Source: Chrysomallon squamiferum (Eukaryota; Animalia; Mollusca). Taken from it: a DNA stretch of 64,000 nucleotides. A program made the translations under genes and the position numbers. The stretch lies in assembly GCA_012295275.1 (NCBI GenBank), contig CM022676.1, forward strand, positions 13,702,001 to 13,766,000, written 5' to 3'. Positions 27,415-40,786 of this stretch are shown piece by piece; within the stretch, counting starts at the first letter, position 1; the number at the start of each line of letters is the position of its first letter. The notes below the pieces were generated by a model. That model ran no database searches and had not been told where the DNA came from. It saw only the letters and a program-made list of their open reading frames with translations.

Positions 27415-27895
27415 GTGTGTGTATATGTTTATATATGTGTGTTTATATATATGTGTGTATAGATATATGTATATGTGTATAGATATGTATATATCTTTAG
27501 ATATCTATATATTTCTGTGATTATACACATGTGTGTATATGTTTATATATGTGTGTGTATATGTATAGATATATGTATATGTATATAGATATGTATATAT
27601 CTTTAGATATCTATATATTTCTTTGATTATACATATGTGTGTATATGTTTATATATATGTGTATGTGTATATGTATAGGTATAGATATATATATGTGTGT
27701 GTAGAGATATATGTATATGTATATGTATATATGTATGTATGTCTATATATGTATATATATATATATATATATATGTTATGTTTATATATATATATATATA
27801 TGTATGTATAGGAATATATATTTACATGTATACGTATATATATATTTGTGTATATGTATATTTATTTGTATATATATATACACACACATATATAC
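27415..27895. repeat. Compound (TA)/(TG)/(TATG) low-complexity array
   Basis: Directly visible; includes an internal near-duplicated unit of about 110 bp. Confidence 0.9.
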
Positions 27896-27896
27896 A

Positions 27897-27984
27897 TTGT
27901 CACGGTGTGAACATCGTTACTTTAATGTCAACTGATGAAATGGAGGGGTACATTTACCAAAATGGTGAGATACTCAATAATGTC

Positions 27985-28023
<39 letters not shown>

Positions 28024-29229
28024 ACTAGTGTCATTGATGAAAGCACTACATCGTTGTCTTATGCTTCTAACGAGAGCATTAATCTCAGGAACAGTAATTG
28101 TGTCCAGAGCAATGGACATTAAGAACTTGAGAATGGTTTATGCATATTCTATAGCCCAGTAGGTCCCATGCATGCTCAGTTGGGAACAAGTCAGCAGATT
28201 TTGGTGGCCTGTTCAACACTTGGATGTGGATCCTCTCAGGAAGATTACTAGTTAGCCTAGCGGTATGTCTAGAGTTGTCATGTTCAAACAGAAAGCCAGG
28301 ATGCTGCTGCAGGAATGGAATGGCTACTGGTGTATTGATCTCGTCACAGTAACATTGAGCAGTCATGTTCTCGTGAATGAAAACAAGATCTGCTTTACCT
28401 CTACTATGAATGCCGGCCTACACAATAACTTTACTGCCGCCATATCGGTCGTGCTGAATGACGTCTACATCTCCCATTCACCTCCATACATGATGCAGAC
28501 CATCTGCAAACTGAACACAAAACCTGGATTCCTCTGTGAATAATGTCTGATTCAGTGTTGGTTTATTCTGGCCCATCTCAAACGTTCCTGAACGTGACGC
28601 GCTGTCAGGGGAACGGCTACAACAGGGCGACCTGCTTGTAATCCAGCAGCGTGGAGATGGCTACAGACAGTTTCAGCATGAATTCTAGTGCCTGTGGTTT
28701 GCTGCAAAGTATGAGCCAAACATGGAGCATTTTTGAACTGTGACATAGATATGACATGACTGAATACCTGTCTTTCCTTGGAGTAGTTAATCGTGGTCTA
28801 CCAGAACGAGGTTGATTTAGCATTTGCCCAGTTTAGTGTATGTGTTGTCGGAGTTGCGATGTGGTACTGTCATGAACACGAAAGTACTGAGAGACATCGT
28901 GTCCATTTTGACCGGCATTAAGCCGTCCTATTGCTTCATGATTTGCCGTTAAGCCTGGACATTATAACAGGATACATTTTTCCTTTTGTTTTTGGATAAT
29001 GTTGGCTGAGTGCAAACAAATGTGATTTCAGTGCATCTGTATTGCACACACTTCTGTGACAGCATGTGGAGTAGGCATAGCGGTGTGCGATATGACAAAT
29101 GGTGTTATTTTCATTAAAGAAAGCGACAGGGCATTCACAACTAACATATTACCAACTTTTATAACTGCATTTTAATTTATTTGGAAGCAACAGCATTTAC
29201 ATAAACTTGCTAAACTTTTTTGGTTAAGT
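27897..29229 (-). mobile_element. Decayed Tc1-family DNA transposon in a type A intron
   Basis: Minus-strand fragments with Tc1 transposase motifs: RSGRPRLTTPRKDRY, RPVVAVPLTARHVQERLRWAR, FEHDNSRHTAR, PPKSADLFPTEHAWDLL (cf. WPxxSPDLNPIEHxW). Multiple frameshifts, flanked by TA arrays; outer boundaries approximate. Confidence 0.88.
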
Positions 29230-29400
29230 ATACATATATATACATACATACATATATACATATACACATATACATATACATATACATATACACATATATA
29301 TATATATATATATATAAAGCTGTTACAATTGCTATAATACAGCGATGCCATTATAATTATTTCATCTGTACTGTCTATATTACTTTTATTTATTTTGCAG

Positions 29401-29435
29401 GCAGACAAATACTAATGCATAATGTGTATTACGAG
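29401..29435 (+). CDS. Candidate type A cytoplasmic exon RQILMHNVYYE
   Basis: Strong acceptor ttttatttattttgcag, donor GAG|gtaatc. Phase-1 start is compatible with the TM exon; Tyr-containing. Confidence 0.55.
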
Positions 29436-29709
29436 GTAATCCCACAGTTGAGTTTTGTTTTAACTGAAATTTACAAAATTAACAGCCCCTGAAAAATATA
29501 ATTATTAAAAATATCAAATAATTGTGAAGGTCAAACAGATCTGATTCAAAAAAAATTCTTGTCTTCTTTTTTTTTTTTTCTTGTTTTTTTCTTTTGGCTC
29601 AATTTGATTCATGATAAACCTCTGAAATGAAAATGCAATATATTTATGTCTTAAATAACTGATTGGTATAGATCTTGTGTGAAAATATTCTTTCCGATAT
29701 TATTTTCAG

Positions 29710-29721
29710 CAGATAAGATAG
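29710..29721 (+). CDS. Candidate type A terminal exon QIR*
   Basis: tattttcag|CAG ATA AGA TAG (NAGNAG acceptor), phase 0. Would complete VYYEQI. Confidence 0.35.
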   Translation, partial: QIR

Positions 29722-30827
29722 AAGTATACATTATATAAGTTCATGAAACGAGGATGAAATTATATGTCGTCTTATAGATAATATAGAATAATCAAATATC
29801 TTTTACAAAAGCGACAAACACTTCAGTAAACTCTTCATTTTGTATCTATCTTATTCTCAATCATTTTAACAGGTGATTCAAATTTGATATTTGTGGCCAA
29901 AGTGGGCTGAACCACCAGTTTTCAGACCGACATATCTCAGTAAACAGCAGTCTGTTATCGTTGATGGAAAGGTTATTCCTTACCAAATCCAAATTTGTGA
30001 TTACTTTTAGCATTGGAGGTCAAATGTTCATAACCTTACTCTTCATAAGTAAGCTCTAGCTTCCTGTTTTACAGTTTCTGTCGCAACAGCAATTGTTTTT
30101 TTCTTTTAATTTTTATTTTATTTACTAAAAAATAGACAGGGATTTCAGTTTTATTAGCTTTTCCTTTGCAAACAAGATATAAACTTGAATACGACTTTTC
30201 TGTTAAAGTTTGAAATGTACTTTCATTGTTTGTGTCGATGTCATCCATCAGTTTCTTCTCAATATTCTTTTCATTAAGTTTAATTAGGTAGTCACAGCAT
30301 ACCTGGTCACATAATAGATTAGTTGTACAAGCAACTTTCTTTGTAAATATCCAAACTGACCAGTATTTTAAGACATCCACAATATTCTTCAACAGCCCTT
30401 CAAGGACAGTGCATTATAAATATCTATCCTCTGTTTTAAAGGTTTTGAACCACTATGTAGATTTTGAATTTTCTTTGTTAATGGTACATGGATATCAGCA
30501 TATAATGGTGAAAGATTTTCACACAGTAAATGAAATTTTAGAGCAATAAACCCTGTCTAAATATTTTGTGAAACTCAAAATCTGAAAATAAATATTTTAC
30601 CCATGTGTCACTTCATCACCTGTTGTTTTGTTGTACAGCTGTATTACTAATATTAAGGTTAACAATGCTTTCCATATTACTTATAAATATAATAAAGATA
30701 TAAAATATAAAATAAAATTAAAATCCTTGTTGTCTTCCATTTGGAAGTAAATGTTTTATAATGATAAAAATTATTAATTATTAATTCCCAGGATTTCTGT
30801 ATTTATTGTTTTATTTTCATTTTCAAG

Positions 30828-31220
30828 TTCCTTTGCAAAAAGGTTTCTATAACAACTGGATCAACTCCAGGAAACCCAGCAATTCTTACACAACTGACCT
30901 GTTCAACCGACCCTTGCCATCCAGAAGCTGTAATCACATGGACTTTAGATGGTACAAATCATAAAGTTATTTGTATTCCTTTTAACTTATCAGGTTTTGA
31001 AGATTAAAGGACAGTTAATATAACAGAACAGACGGCATTATCAGCTCCACTGAGACAATTGCTGACTCTGGTATTGTAACAAGGAGCAGTTTAAATGAAA
31101 AATTTAATACAGAAGATAATGGGAAAAGTTTGGTTTCTTCAGTAACTAATGGCGACGGTTACTAGTTACATTCTGTTTCTCTCTTATATCAACATTATTA
31201 CAGAACATTCAAGTCTAATA
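30828..31220 (+). pseudogene. Type B1-like C2 pseudo-exon with frameshift and ~60-bp insertion
   Basis: Homologous to 49623-49933, with a +1 frameshift near 30840 and an insertion at ~30959-31019. No signal or V exon found upstream. Confidence 0.85.
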
Positions 31221-31267
31221 ATTTTTAATAATAAAATATTACACATGTGGTGAACACTGTATATTGC

Positions 31268-31358
<91 letters not shown>

Positions 31359-31835
31359 GACATCTTTGAAAATTTAACTTTGAACAGACTAAATTCAAAC
31401 AGAGAAAAATTTCAATTAAAATAAATAAAGTAGAAATAACACCATAGTTGAAATTTGAAACTGTTTAAATATGGAACAAAAAAAAGTACATTAAAGCACA
31501 ATAATTTTATAAATATTAAAACACTTTAATAACTGTAAGAATACTAACAACCAACGTCAACACTTTTATGAATGTTTGCATAGTATTAAATTTAGGATAG
31601 CATAATATTTTAAATACAAGTTGAAAATATGGTTAAGTAATATTTAATTAAGACACATGTAGAAGCAGACGATAAAAGCAATAATAGTAAATAAAATAAA
31701 TAAAAAATAAATAAATAATAAAGATTCATAATATCTAACAGTGACAACTAATTAAAAAATTCTGAAATAAACTTTCAAAGTTCCTTGTATGTAAGGAATG
31801 TAAGATAAGTATGCGTTAACGTGAAGGAAACCTAC

Positions 31836-32078
31836 CTCGGACAATAAGGGTGATGCTAGATGACACATCATATGCACCATTAGCAGCTGAACAAACCAAA
31901 CTTTTCCCATTATCTTCTATACTATACTTTTTATTGAAACTGCTCCTTGTTACAATACCAGAGTCAGCAATTGTCTCAGTGGAGCTGGTAATGCCGTCTA
32001 TTATTTTTGTACCATCTAAAGTCCATGTGATTACAGCTTCTGGATAGCAAGGATTAGTTGAACAGTTCAGCTGTGTAA
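31836..32078 (-). pseudogene. 5'-truncated type B C2 exon on the minus strand
   Basis: Encodes TQLNCSTNPCYPEAVITWTLDGTKIIDGITSSTETIADSGIVTRSSFNKKYSIEDNGKSLVCSAANGAYDVSSSITLIVR with intact gtaggt donor; acceptor and first ~19 codons missing. Confidence 0.85.
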
Positions 32079-32094
32079 TTAGTAGTTAATATCA

Positions 32095-33627
32095 TAGCTG
32101 AAATGTGAAACTATTTAAATATGGATAATTAAAGTCACATTAAAGCACTTCACACTCAGCAACGAATTTCATAATAATACTAATTAATGAAAACTGCAAA
32201 ACATGTTTAGTTTTAATTGTGTTCATACAAGACAAGCAGCTTAAAAAACTATTAACATGTTCTTTGAAAATGTCTCTTTTCTGAGATGCTGTGAAATGTA
32301 GTGAAAACGTACCAGCATTCTCAGTACGCAGTTACTTGTGATTTATCATTCTAAGCAGTATTTTACAGATATACATACCAGTTCACTCTTTCCTTACAAA
32401 CGATAAAGAGAACATTCATAAATATTACGTTAATAATAAATATTACGTTAATAATAATAATTTGCATAACAAACTTTCTGTCACTGCCAAAAGAGTTTAT
32501 ATTAAATACAATTATTTGTAAAAATATTGTAACATGAGTATCTCATATTAGATAAAATACTTTATTTACTTAGAAATTAGATTTTAGAAAACAGACAGAG
32601 ATATATCATAAGTTTAGTAAAAAAGCAAAAAACAACAACAAACAAAACAACAAAAATAATCATTTTAATAAATATATAAATAAAACCGAAAGAAGAAATA
32701 TATATATCAAATTTAGATTGTTGTCAACAGATTTGGATTCCTGAGATAATTAGATAAATACCTTTCCTGCATCTCTAACAGACTGCTGGTTACTGGGACA
32801 TGTCGGTCTAAACACTGGTGGTTAGGACCCATTTTGATAACAAATATAAAATGTGAATCAGCTGGGTTACAATCACTGGATGAATTGACACAGACATAAA
32901 ATGAAGTGATACTAAAGCATAAATACGTGTTTCTGTTATTTCATTTCGCACCCTGCTGTAAGTTGTTGTTGTTGTTTTGTTTTTTTACAGAAATATATTT
33001 AGTTGCATATATGATCATTTTTTCAAAAAATGTTTTAAAGATAACAACATAACTAGGGATAATGAACATTGGTTTTAGACCAATACCACTGTTCTTGTTG
33101 CGATTCGTTCAAAAATACGCTGTAAAATGTTATCTTAATTAATCACAACAGTATGCAAACCAGTCTGCCTAAGGAATTTTCTTGTTTTTATTCTCTTTTA
33201 TGATTATTTTTATGTATTTTAAGTAACCGTGAAAAACATGACTTGCTAATCAAAACCGTCAAAGTACTAATTTTGATCAAACGATGCACAAATGTTCAAC
33301 CCTCAACCATCATCTATAAATAGACACACTGCTTTGTTCAGTGGATATCTCACCAGCCAGTCATAAAGCAGGCGCTGTGGTATCACACTATGAAATGAAT
33401 CAGTACTTAGTATTGTAATACATTCATTCATATTTAAGAAACTAACTAAATAACAAAATAAATAAGACACCACTGAAATTAATTCGATCATAAACAAACA
33501 CACACACACACAGACATACACACATATGTATAGACTGATCTTTTCAGACTTCAAACCACTAAGTTTTAATAAATCAGCTGTTACAGCAGATGCGTGTAAT
33601 TCCTGAAAATTTCTGAAATTATGTTCC
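32095..33627 (-). repeat. Inverted, shuffled fragments of a type B 3' region and intron
   Basis: ~32095-32730 is the reverse complement of ~8045-8665 / 41890-42510; ~33100-33627 is the reverse complement of ~38515-39135 with deletions. Confidence 0.85.
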
Positions 33628-33679
33628 TCGTTAAAATGCTCTCGTCCCAGTATTAATTTCATTCATTAGGGTTCAAAAT

Positions 33680-33821
<142 letters not shown>

Positions 33822-34138
33822 ATATGAAAACTTTCTATAAAAGATGAGACACAGACCACTTAAAGTTATAGGTGCAGGTATGAACGTGTGTTGCAGTCAA
33901 TCTGTATAACTTTAAAAAAAAATTCAGCCATTTCACGCAATGCCTACAACTGTGCACCGATCATTTCATGAAATAACTGAAAATGATTCCATTCCACTGG
34001 ACACAGACATTACATGAATGTCACAATGTCAGTACCTAAGGTTCAGTATAGCTTAGAAAATGTCTGCATGCATTACAGATATTATTTTATATAAAAAAAT
34101 TCATAAAAACATTTAAAAAAAAAAAACAAAAAATAAAA

Positions 34139-34178
<40 letters not shown>

Positions 34179-35091
34179 GAAGAATATTCATTTTTAAGCT
34201 CGTCGGTTCCCATAATTCAAACTTGCTGCATGATAATACAGACTGTATTCCCTGCAAAATAATTAGACACGTCCAAACGTATCCCGGTATTAAAGGTAGC
34301 GTTGAATGTTGTGTCTTGTAGTAAAATAGAACATCATTTGGTGAGTTATTATTATTATTATTATTATTTTTATTAAACAAGGGAATGATTTGTAAATCAG
34401 TGTAAGTAATATACTACAGGGACATGAGCAAATATTATCCTCTGTCCTTATTTATAAATACAGTATAATGATAGGAAAGAGTTTGAATTGTAACCCCAAC
34501 CCCGCTATTTAATCGTACTAAAGAGGAATTTGAAGGAAATAGTATATGAAGGTGTAGGCAAATTATAATAGAAAGACTATATATGCATATGTAATCTCGC
34601 TGTTTAAGTCAACCTCGGTTAATACTTGGATTATATTTATTTTGCCTTAATGTTAGTGCCAATATTATGAGGTCATTCTAGATGACGTCAGACCAGTTTC
34701 GTTAAAAGCGCTGTACACACTTTTGACTATTGTTGCGCTGAACTAACTAACCGAAGTTTTAGAAATGCATAAAGTGACACTTACATGATGTATTTTCCAC
34801 TTTACCGATTATTACTAATGTTGATTTCATCAAATTCTTTGATTTAATAATATCAACCAGTTTGTAGTGGTTGAGTTCTACAAGATCAATGAAAACATTT
34901 ATTTTTATTTTATCAAAATGAAATTTGTAGTACATCCAGGAACTCCAGGACTCCAATACAATTTTTAATGGTTTGTTTTATCTCTAAAAAATGTAAATAG
35001 TTCGAGAAACTAGACGTTAACAGTTTTCGAATCATATCAGTGAAGCTGCTATATTCATTTTCCCGAAATGTTGCATTTTGATAAATCTTGC

Positions 35092-35133
<42 letters not shown>

Positions 35134-35715
35134 TTATTGGCATGACTTTTCATTTCTTATTCAAATAAATGAAAACGTGAGATAATTCAAGATCAACATT
35201 TTTATACAAAAATAATGAGGGTGTGAAGGTTTCTGTGTCTGTGGTAAAGCTTTTCTTCATTGTGGATTTTTAATTTAAATATTGACGAAAACAAAATCTC
35301 ACGCAAGTGAAAAAATGTTCATATTTTACATAGTGTAAATTTAATAGTTTTTATTTTCAGTTGTAATGGACCAAATAACATAAAATGCCCTTTAAGTTGA
35401 TTGGCTCAGATTATAATAAAATTTAGTTGCTCAGGTTTCGGGGTCTAAAGATTTGTTGTCTAAAGGTTCGACCAAAATCGTAATTTCTGAAGGACGACAT
35501 TTCCAGATGTATTGATCTAATAAATGTAGAGTGTGATATTTAAATGTAAAACAATTTTTATCAGAATCTGAATCAGTCAGGTTAAAACCTGTGTTTGATC
35601 CTAAATATGATTTATATGCAAATATACCGGTTCTAATTCACTTCATTATGGTCTGAGTAATTTATATTTTTCACCATAAACATTGCATGTTGTTTTTCTA
35701 AATGTTTTGCAGATT

Positions 35716-35782
35716 ATGAAGATTATGAAATTGGAAATTATCCTAATTTTTGTATGCACTGCATGTCCTAAAAGTACTTTAG
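35716..35782 (+). CDS. Type B2 signal-peptide exon
   Basis: ttttgcag|ATTATG, MKIMKLEIILIFVCTACPKSTL, donor gtgatt. 67 nt, as in B1. Confidence 0.75.
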
Positions 35783-36159
35783 GTGATTTAAAACATCAAA
35801 TTTTTTTTAAATTCAGAAAACATTCCTACATGTTTCAAATAATTATTACTTCCATTACGCTTTTTCACAGAGGTCTAATCTGACAATTTTAGTTTAGTGG
35901 ATGACGCTTTTATTTTCTTACAAATTTAAAAACTACTACTAATAATAATAATAAAATAAAATAAAATAAAATAAAATAAAATAAAGCAAAATAAAATAAA
36001 ATAAATAAATAAATAAAAATAATAATAAAAAAAGAAAACCAAAAATAATAAATTAAAAACAAATCATCTGTTGAAATTTTAATTAAAAAAAGTTACAAGA
36101 AACATACATAACTGTGCTCTCATTTCTTACAGCCAGATAGCAGAATTGAAACCCATCAA

Positions 36160-36316
<157 letters not shown>

Positions 36317-36659
36317 TTGTGATGATTAAATAAGATCGTGTATAGTATGAACTGGGTCAGAAGTGGTCTGAAGATTTTGAAATTTTGTTAATAATAAATG
36401 TCTTACATTAACCATACATTGGATATCAATTAAGGACAGATTTTCATGTTTTTATTTAATTGTTTATTTTATTTTATTTTATGTTAATTATTATTATTAT
36501 TATTTTGTATTTGTTTTGGAATAATAAATAAATAAAAAAACGAAAGAAAAAGAAAACCAATTTTAGTTATGGTTGTAACTGACATTAAACCAACACACTT
36601 TTAAATGTAAAACAATAAACAGTCATACACATTCACACAGTCTTACTACGCTATTTCAG

Positions 36660-36961
36660 GTCAGTATATCATAACAAAATCTGAAGACACAGTTCTAAAA
36701 GGATCATCATTGACACTTACGTGTAATACTGGAAGCAATACAACTGGAATAGCTTGGAATCGCGATGGTATTAATACCCTTCTAGTCCAAGGATCAGGTA
36801 CAATTTGTGATTGCCACCACAATACAACTACACATGTTCTGAAGGTATTATATACAACTTAACAATAAGTAATATCCAGTTCAGTGAAAATGGAATAGAA
36901 TGGAAATGTCAGGCTTTATTTGGAGGAGATGATAGTAATATCGTAATAGTAAATGTCACTG
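36660..36961 (+). pseudogene. Type B2 V-like exon with 7-nt deletion
   Basis: 302 nt versus 309 in paralogues. Deletion near 36810 (tgt gat tg cca cca) shifts the frame to TAA at 36860-36862; splice sites intact. Confidence 0.85.
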
Positions 36962-37809
36962 GTAAGTAATTATAGTTGTATGTATGAGGTTGACATCTTT
37001 ATCCGATCATAAAGAAATTATAAAAAAACATTTCATACATATTCAGCACACATTTTAATGATAACCTAATTGAAAATGTAACTTTTATTTTTAATCTTCT
37101 TAACTTGCAATAAAGGAAACTTTTTTAATTTTTTTTTTTTTTTTTTTTTTGAGAATTTATATTTTCATTCTTTCTCGTGTTTGTTTTATAGTAATTGACT
37201 AAAAAAGAAATAATAAAAATATGTATCTTGCAAAATTTTGTTTTCAAAATATTCAATAACAAGAGTTCCTAATTCACTAATGAATTTAAAAGTGTATTAG
37301 CAATTACTCATTAAAAGTGGATTATTTTAAAACATCAAACTAAACATGATACATGTTTAAAATCAACTTAATATGAACTTAATAAGAAAGAATGACAGCA
37401 AAACTAAAGAAATGTATTCTTAGTTAGAAGTGATATATGTGTCATGTTTCTGGTGATTAAGAGGAACTTTCAGAATTAATTGAAAAAAACAACAACAATA
37501 GATAGTGATATAACTCGGTATGTTTTAGACCTATGAAGGAAAATAAAATGTTCTGTGTTCAACTGAATTAACGATACCAAGCACTAGTCTGCAGTAACCC
37601 ATGTATAAAACACCATTTACTTTAGTGAAAAATACAGTTCCAATATAGAGATGCATGCAAAAAGAAAAACAATTTTTTTTTTTTTTTCAAGAATAATAAT
37701 AATAATAATAGTAAAATGCTCTTAATTCCACTGTCAAGACTGAAAAATTAGAGTCCAAAAAGCGATTTTGTTGTATTGTTATTTCCTAACTACCTTGAAA
37801 CCTTGAACA

Positions 37810-37945
37810 AAAATTAACGTGCTAATCAGAGCAAGCTGTTGTGAAGCACGTCTACGACGGGCACGCTTTCTGACAGGTCAGCGGGCGTGTCTGTCGCAGA
37901 GTTCCTAACAACCCCCAAAAAACTCTCCTCTTTTATAGCCCTGTG
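37810..37945 (+). repeat. Unclassified GC-richer interspersed repeat, related to sequence at 63769-63860
   Basis: Shared segments aacgtg(c/t)taatcagagc and gctttctgacaggtc..gggcgtgtc.gtcgcaga. Confidence 0.6.
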
Positions 37946-40104
37946 GCGCAATGAATGCTTCGGCGGGTTACACTACGGCACATTTAACTAAACCACTCGT
38001 CTCTTCACGTGACAGGAAGTAAAGAGGAGCTACATCAGTTTTCTCAGGTCGTTTTATCAGTGTTCACTGTGACAGCACTGAAAAACTTCGCACTTCTTGA
38101 GAAGATTTTATTGGAGCGAAATCGTCTTGGAAACACTGGGGGCTTCCTGCATCTTACTGGCAATCTTGCCACACATCTTTTTCTATAATTCTCTTGTTGT
38201 GCTCATTAGTCTTGAAAAAAGGCTGTCTCAGAACTTATCCCGCTGCTCAGTAATTGAAAGTATATAATTAAAAGCGAGGGACATTTATACTTGACAAACT
38301 CAAATGTTTTGGTCGCTAATCTCTTTTGCAGAACATTTATGTTGGGAGCTACCTAAGGATTTGTAACACTTAATGCTTAGATATGTTTCAAGTAATTAAC
38401 AAGTATTCTCATGCAACTTGTACAAGCATTCTGTCTTGTTAGTTGTTCCAAAGTGATAATTTACATCAAATGCTGCTCAAATGTGTATGATTCCTAAAAT
38501 GTTTACTTATTAAACATAATTTCAGAAAGTTTCAGGAATTACATGCATCTGCTGTAGCAGCTGATTTATTAGAAATTAGTGGTTTGAAGTCTGAAAAGAT
38601 CAGTCTATACATATGTGTGTATGTCTGTGTGTGTGTATGTATGTTTATGATCGAATTAATTTGAGTGGTGTCTTATTTATTTTTTTAGTTTCTTAAATAT
38701 GAATGAATGTGTTTCTTCAAAAACTGAAATGTTCATCATTCATCTGTCGGAACTGTGCTGTTCTTCAGCTGTTGAATTACCATATCCAATTATGTATTAC
38801 AATACTAAGTACTGATTCATTTCATAGTGTGATACCACAGTGTCTGCTTTATGACTGGCTGGTGATATGTCAGTGACTAGACAAAGCAGTGTGTCGTATT
38901 TATAGATGATGGCTGAGGGTTGAACATTTGTGCATCGTTTAAATGTCGAATGTTTGGTCAAAATTAGTACTTTTGACGGTTTTGATGAGCAAGTCATGTT
39001 TTTGACGGTTACACAAAATACATAAAAATAATCATAAAAGAGAATTAAAAACAAGAAAATTCCTCAGGCAGACTGGTTTAAATACTGTTGTTATTAATCA
39101 AGATAACACCTTACAGCGTATTTTTGTATGAATCGCCTCACTCTACATAAGTAAGCTCCAGCTTTCTTTTTAAAACTTTATTTTCAAAACAGAAATGTTT
39201 GATTCATTTTTTTTTCACACGGTGCAGTACATTAGTTTCATAACTGACAGTTTTTGTAAATATCCAAATTTGACCAAAATTTTATAATATCCATTCTTCG
39301 ACCAGCTTTTCAAGAACAGTGCATTATAAATATCTATCTTCTGTTTTGTATAACTTTAAAGCCTTAGAACCACAATGTAAATTGTACATTTGCTTTGTTA
39401 ATGGTACAGGGATACGAACATAATTATGCATCTGATGGTAAAGATTTTCACAAGGTAAATGGAATCTTTGCCTAAATATATTGTAAAACTGACATTCAGA
39501 AAAAAACATCTGTACTTATGTGTCACTTCATTGACTGGTGTTTCGTCCTACGACCCTATTACTGATATTAAGATTAACAATGGATATCATATTAATAATA
39601 AATCAACTAAAATAAAAATAATAAATTAAAAAAAAAAAAAAAGTTAAAATCTGATGGTAAGAGAATTTCATGATAATCTACATGATAAATTAGCCAAATT
39701 ATAACGCAAAGTAGAATATTGTTTTAGTTTTTAATACTCTCTTTATTCATACCATCATGAAACCATTCAGAAAATTCATTCAAAGAACTGTATTCCACGT
39801 GAATTTCACAAAGTAAAAGAAATCTTTCGAAGATAAAACTTTTATTTTGTCCAACTCACAATCTTAAAATAATTATTTTTACCTATATGCCACTTGAACA
39901 ATTCGTGTTTTGTTTTACAACCTTTTTTTTACTAATATTAAGATTAACAACATATTTAATATTACTAATAAATAAAAATAAATAAATAAAAAGGTTAAAT
40001 CTCCATTTTCTTCAGTTTGGGAATAGATGCTTTATAATGGTAAAACTTTGTATTTATACATTTAAAATATTTCTATATTCAATGTTTCATTTTTCATTTT
40101 CAAG

Positions 40105-40404
40105 TTCCTCTAGAAAAAGTTTCTATAACAGTTGGCTCAAACCCCGTAAAGGAAGGAATTCTTACACGAATGGTCTGTCAAACTAACCCTTGTTATCCAG
40201 AAGCTGTAATCACATGGACTTTAGATGGTACAGAGATAACAGATGGCATTACCAGCTCCACTGAAACTATTCCAACCTCTGGTATTGTAATAAGAAGCAG
40301 TTTAGATAAACAAATTAAAATGCAAGATAATAGGAAAAGTTTGTTTTGTTCAGCTACTGACGGTGATTATCACGTGTCATCTAACACCACCCTTAATATC
40401 CAAG
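40105..40404 (+). CDS. Type B2 C2 Ig exon
   Basis: ttttcaag acceptor, gtaggt donor, 300 nt. Encodes VPLEKVSIT...MVCQTNPCYPEAVITW...DNRKSLFCSA...LNIQ. Confidence 0.88.
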
Positions 40405-40733
40405 GTAGGTTTCATTCACATAAATGCACACTGATCTTATAGACCTTACACACAATGATCCCTCAAAGATTATTCCAGAATTTTACAATTAAGTAAAATG
40501 ATTGTGTTCTCAATGTAAATTATATTGATTTATTTATTTATTTATTTACACGATCTAACAGTGAAAGATTTTTTTTTTCATATTTTCATAATCGACTGCC
40601 TAGACTAAAGCAAACTGAACACTGAATATTGCGTAATCAAGAACATATTGCTTCTAAATTATCAGTTCAGTAAATGTGTAAGCTCATGCCAAACATGTTG
40701 GTCGTTGTGTACTAGTTCGTAGAAAACAACTAC

Positions 40734-40786
<53 letters not shown>

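Noticed and set aside
27274-28162. Tyr/Ile/Val/Cys-rich ORFs here, plus similar ORFs at 7791, 9121, 29172, 29220, 33659, 34087 and 41625
   Set aside because: Translations of microsatellites and low-complexity tracts; only the last 12 codons of the 7791 and 41625 ORFs are retained as a real exon.
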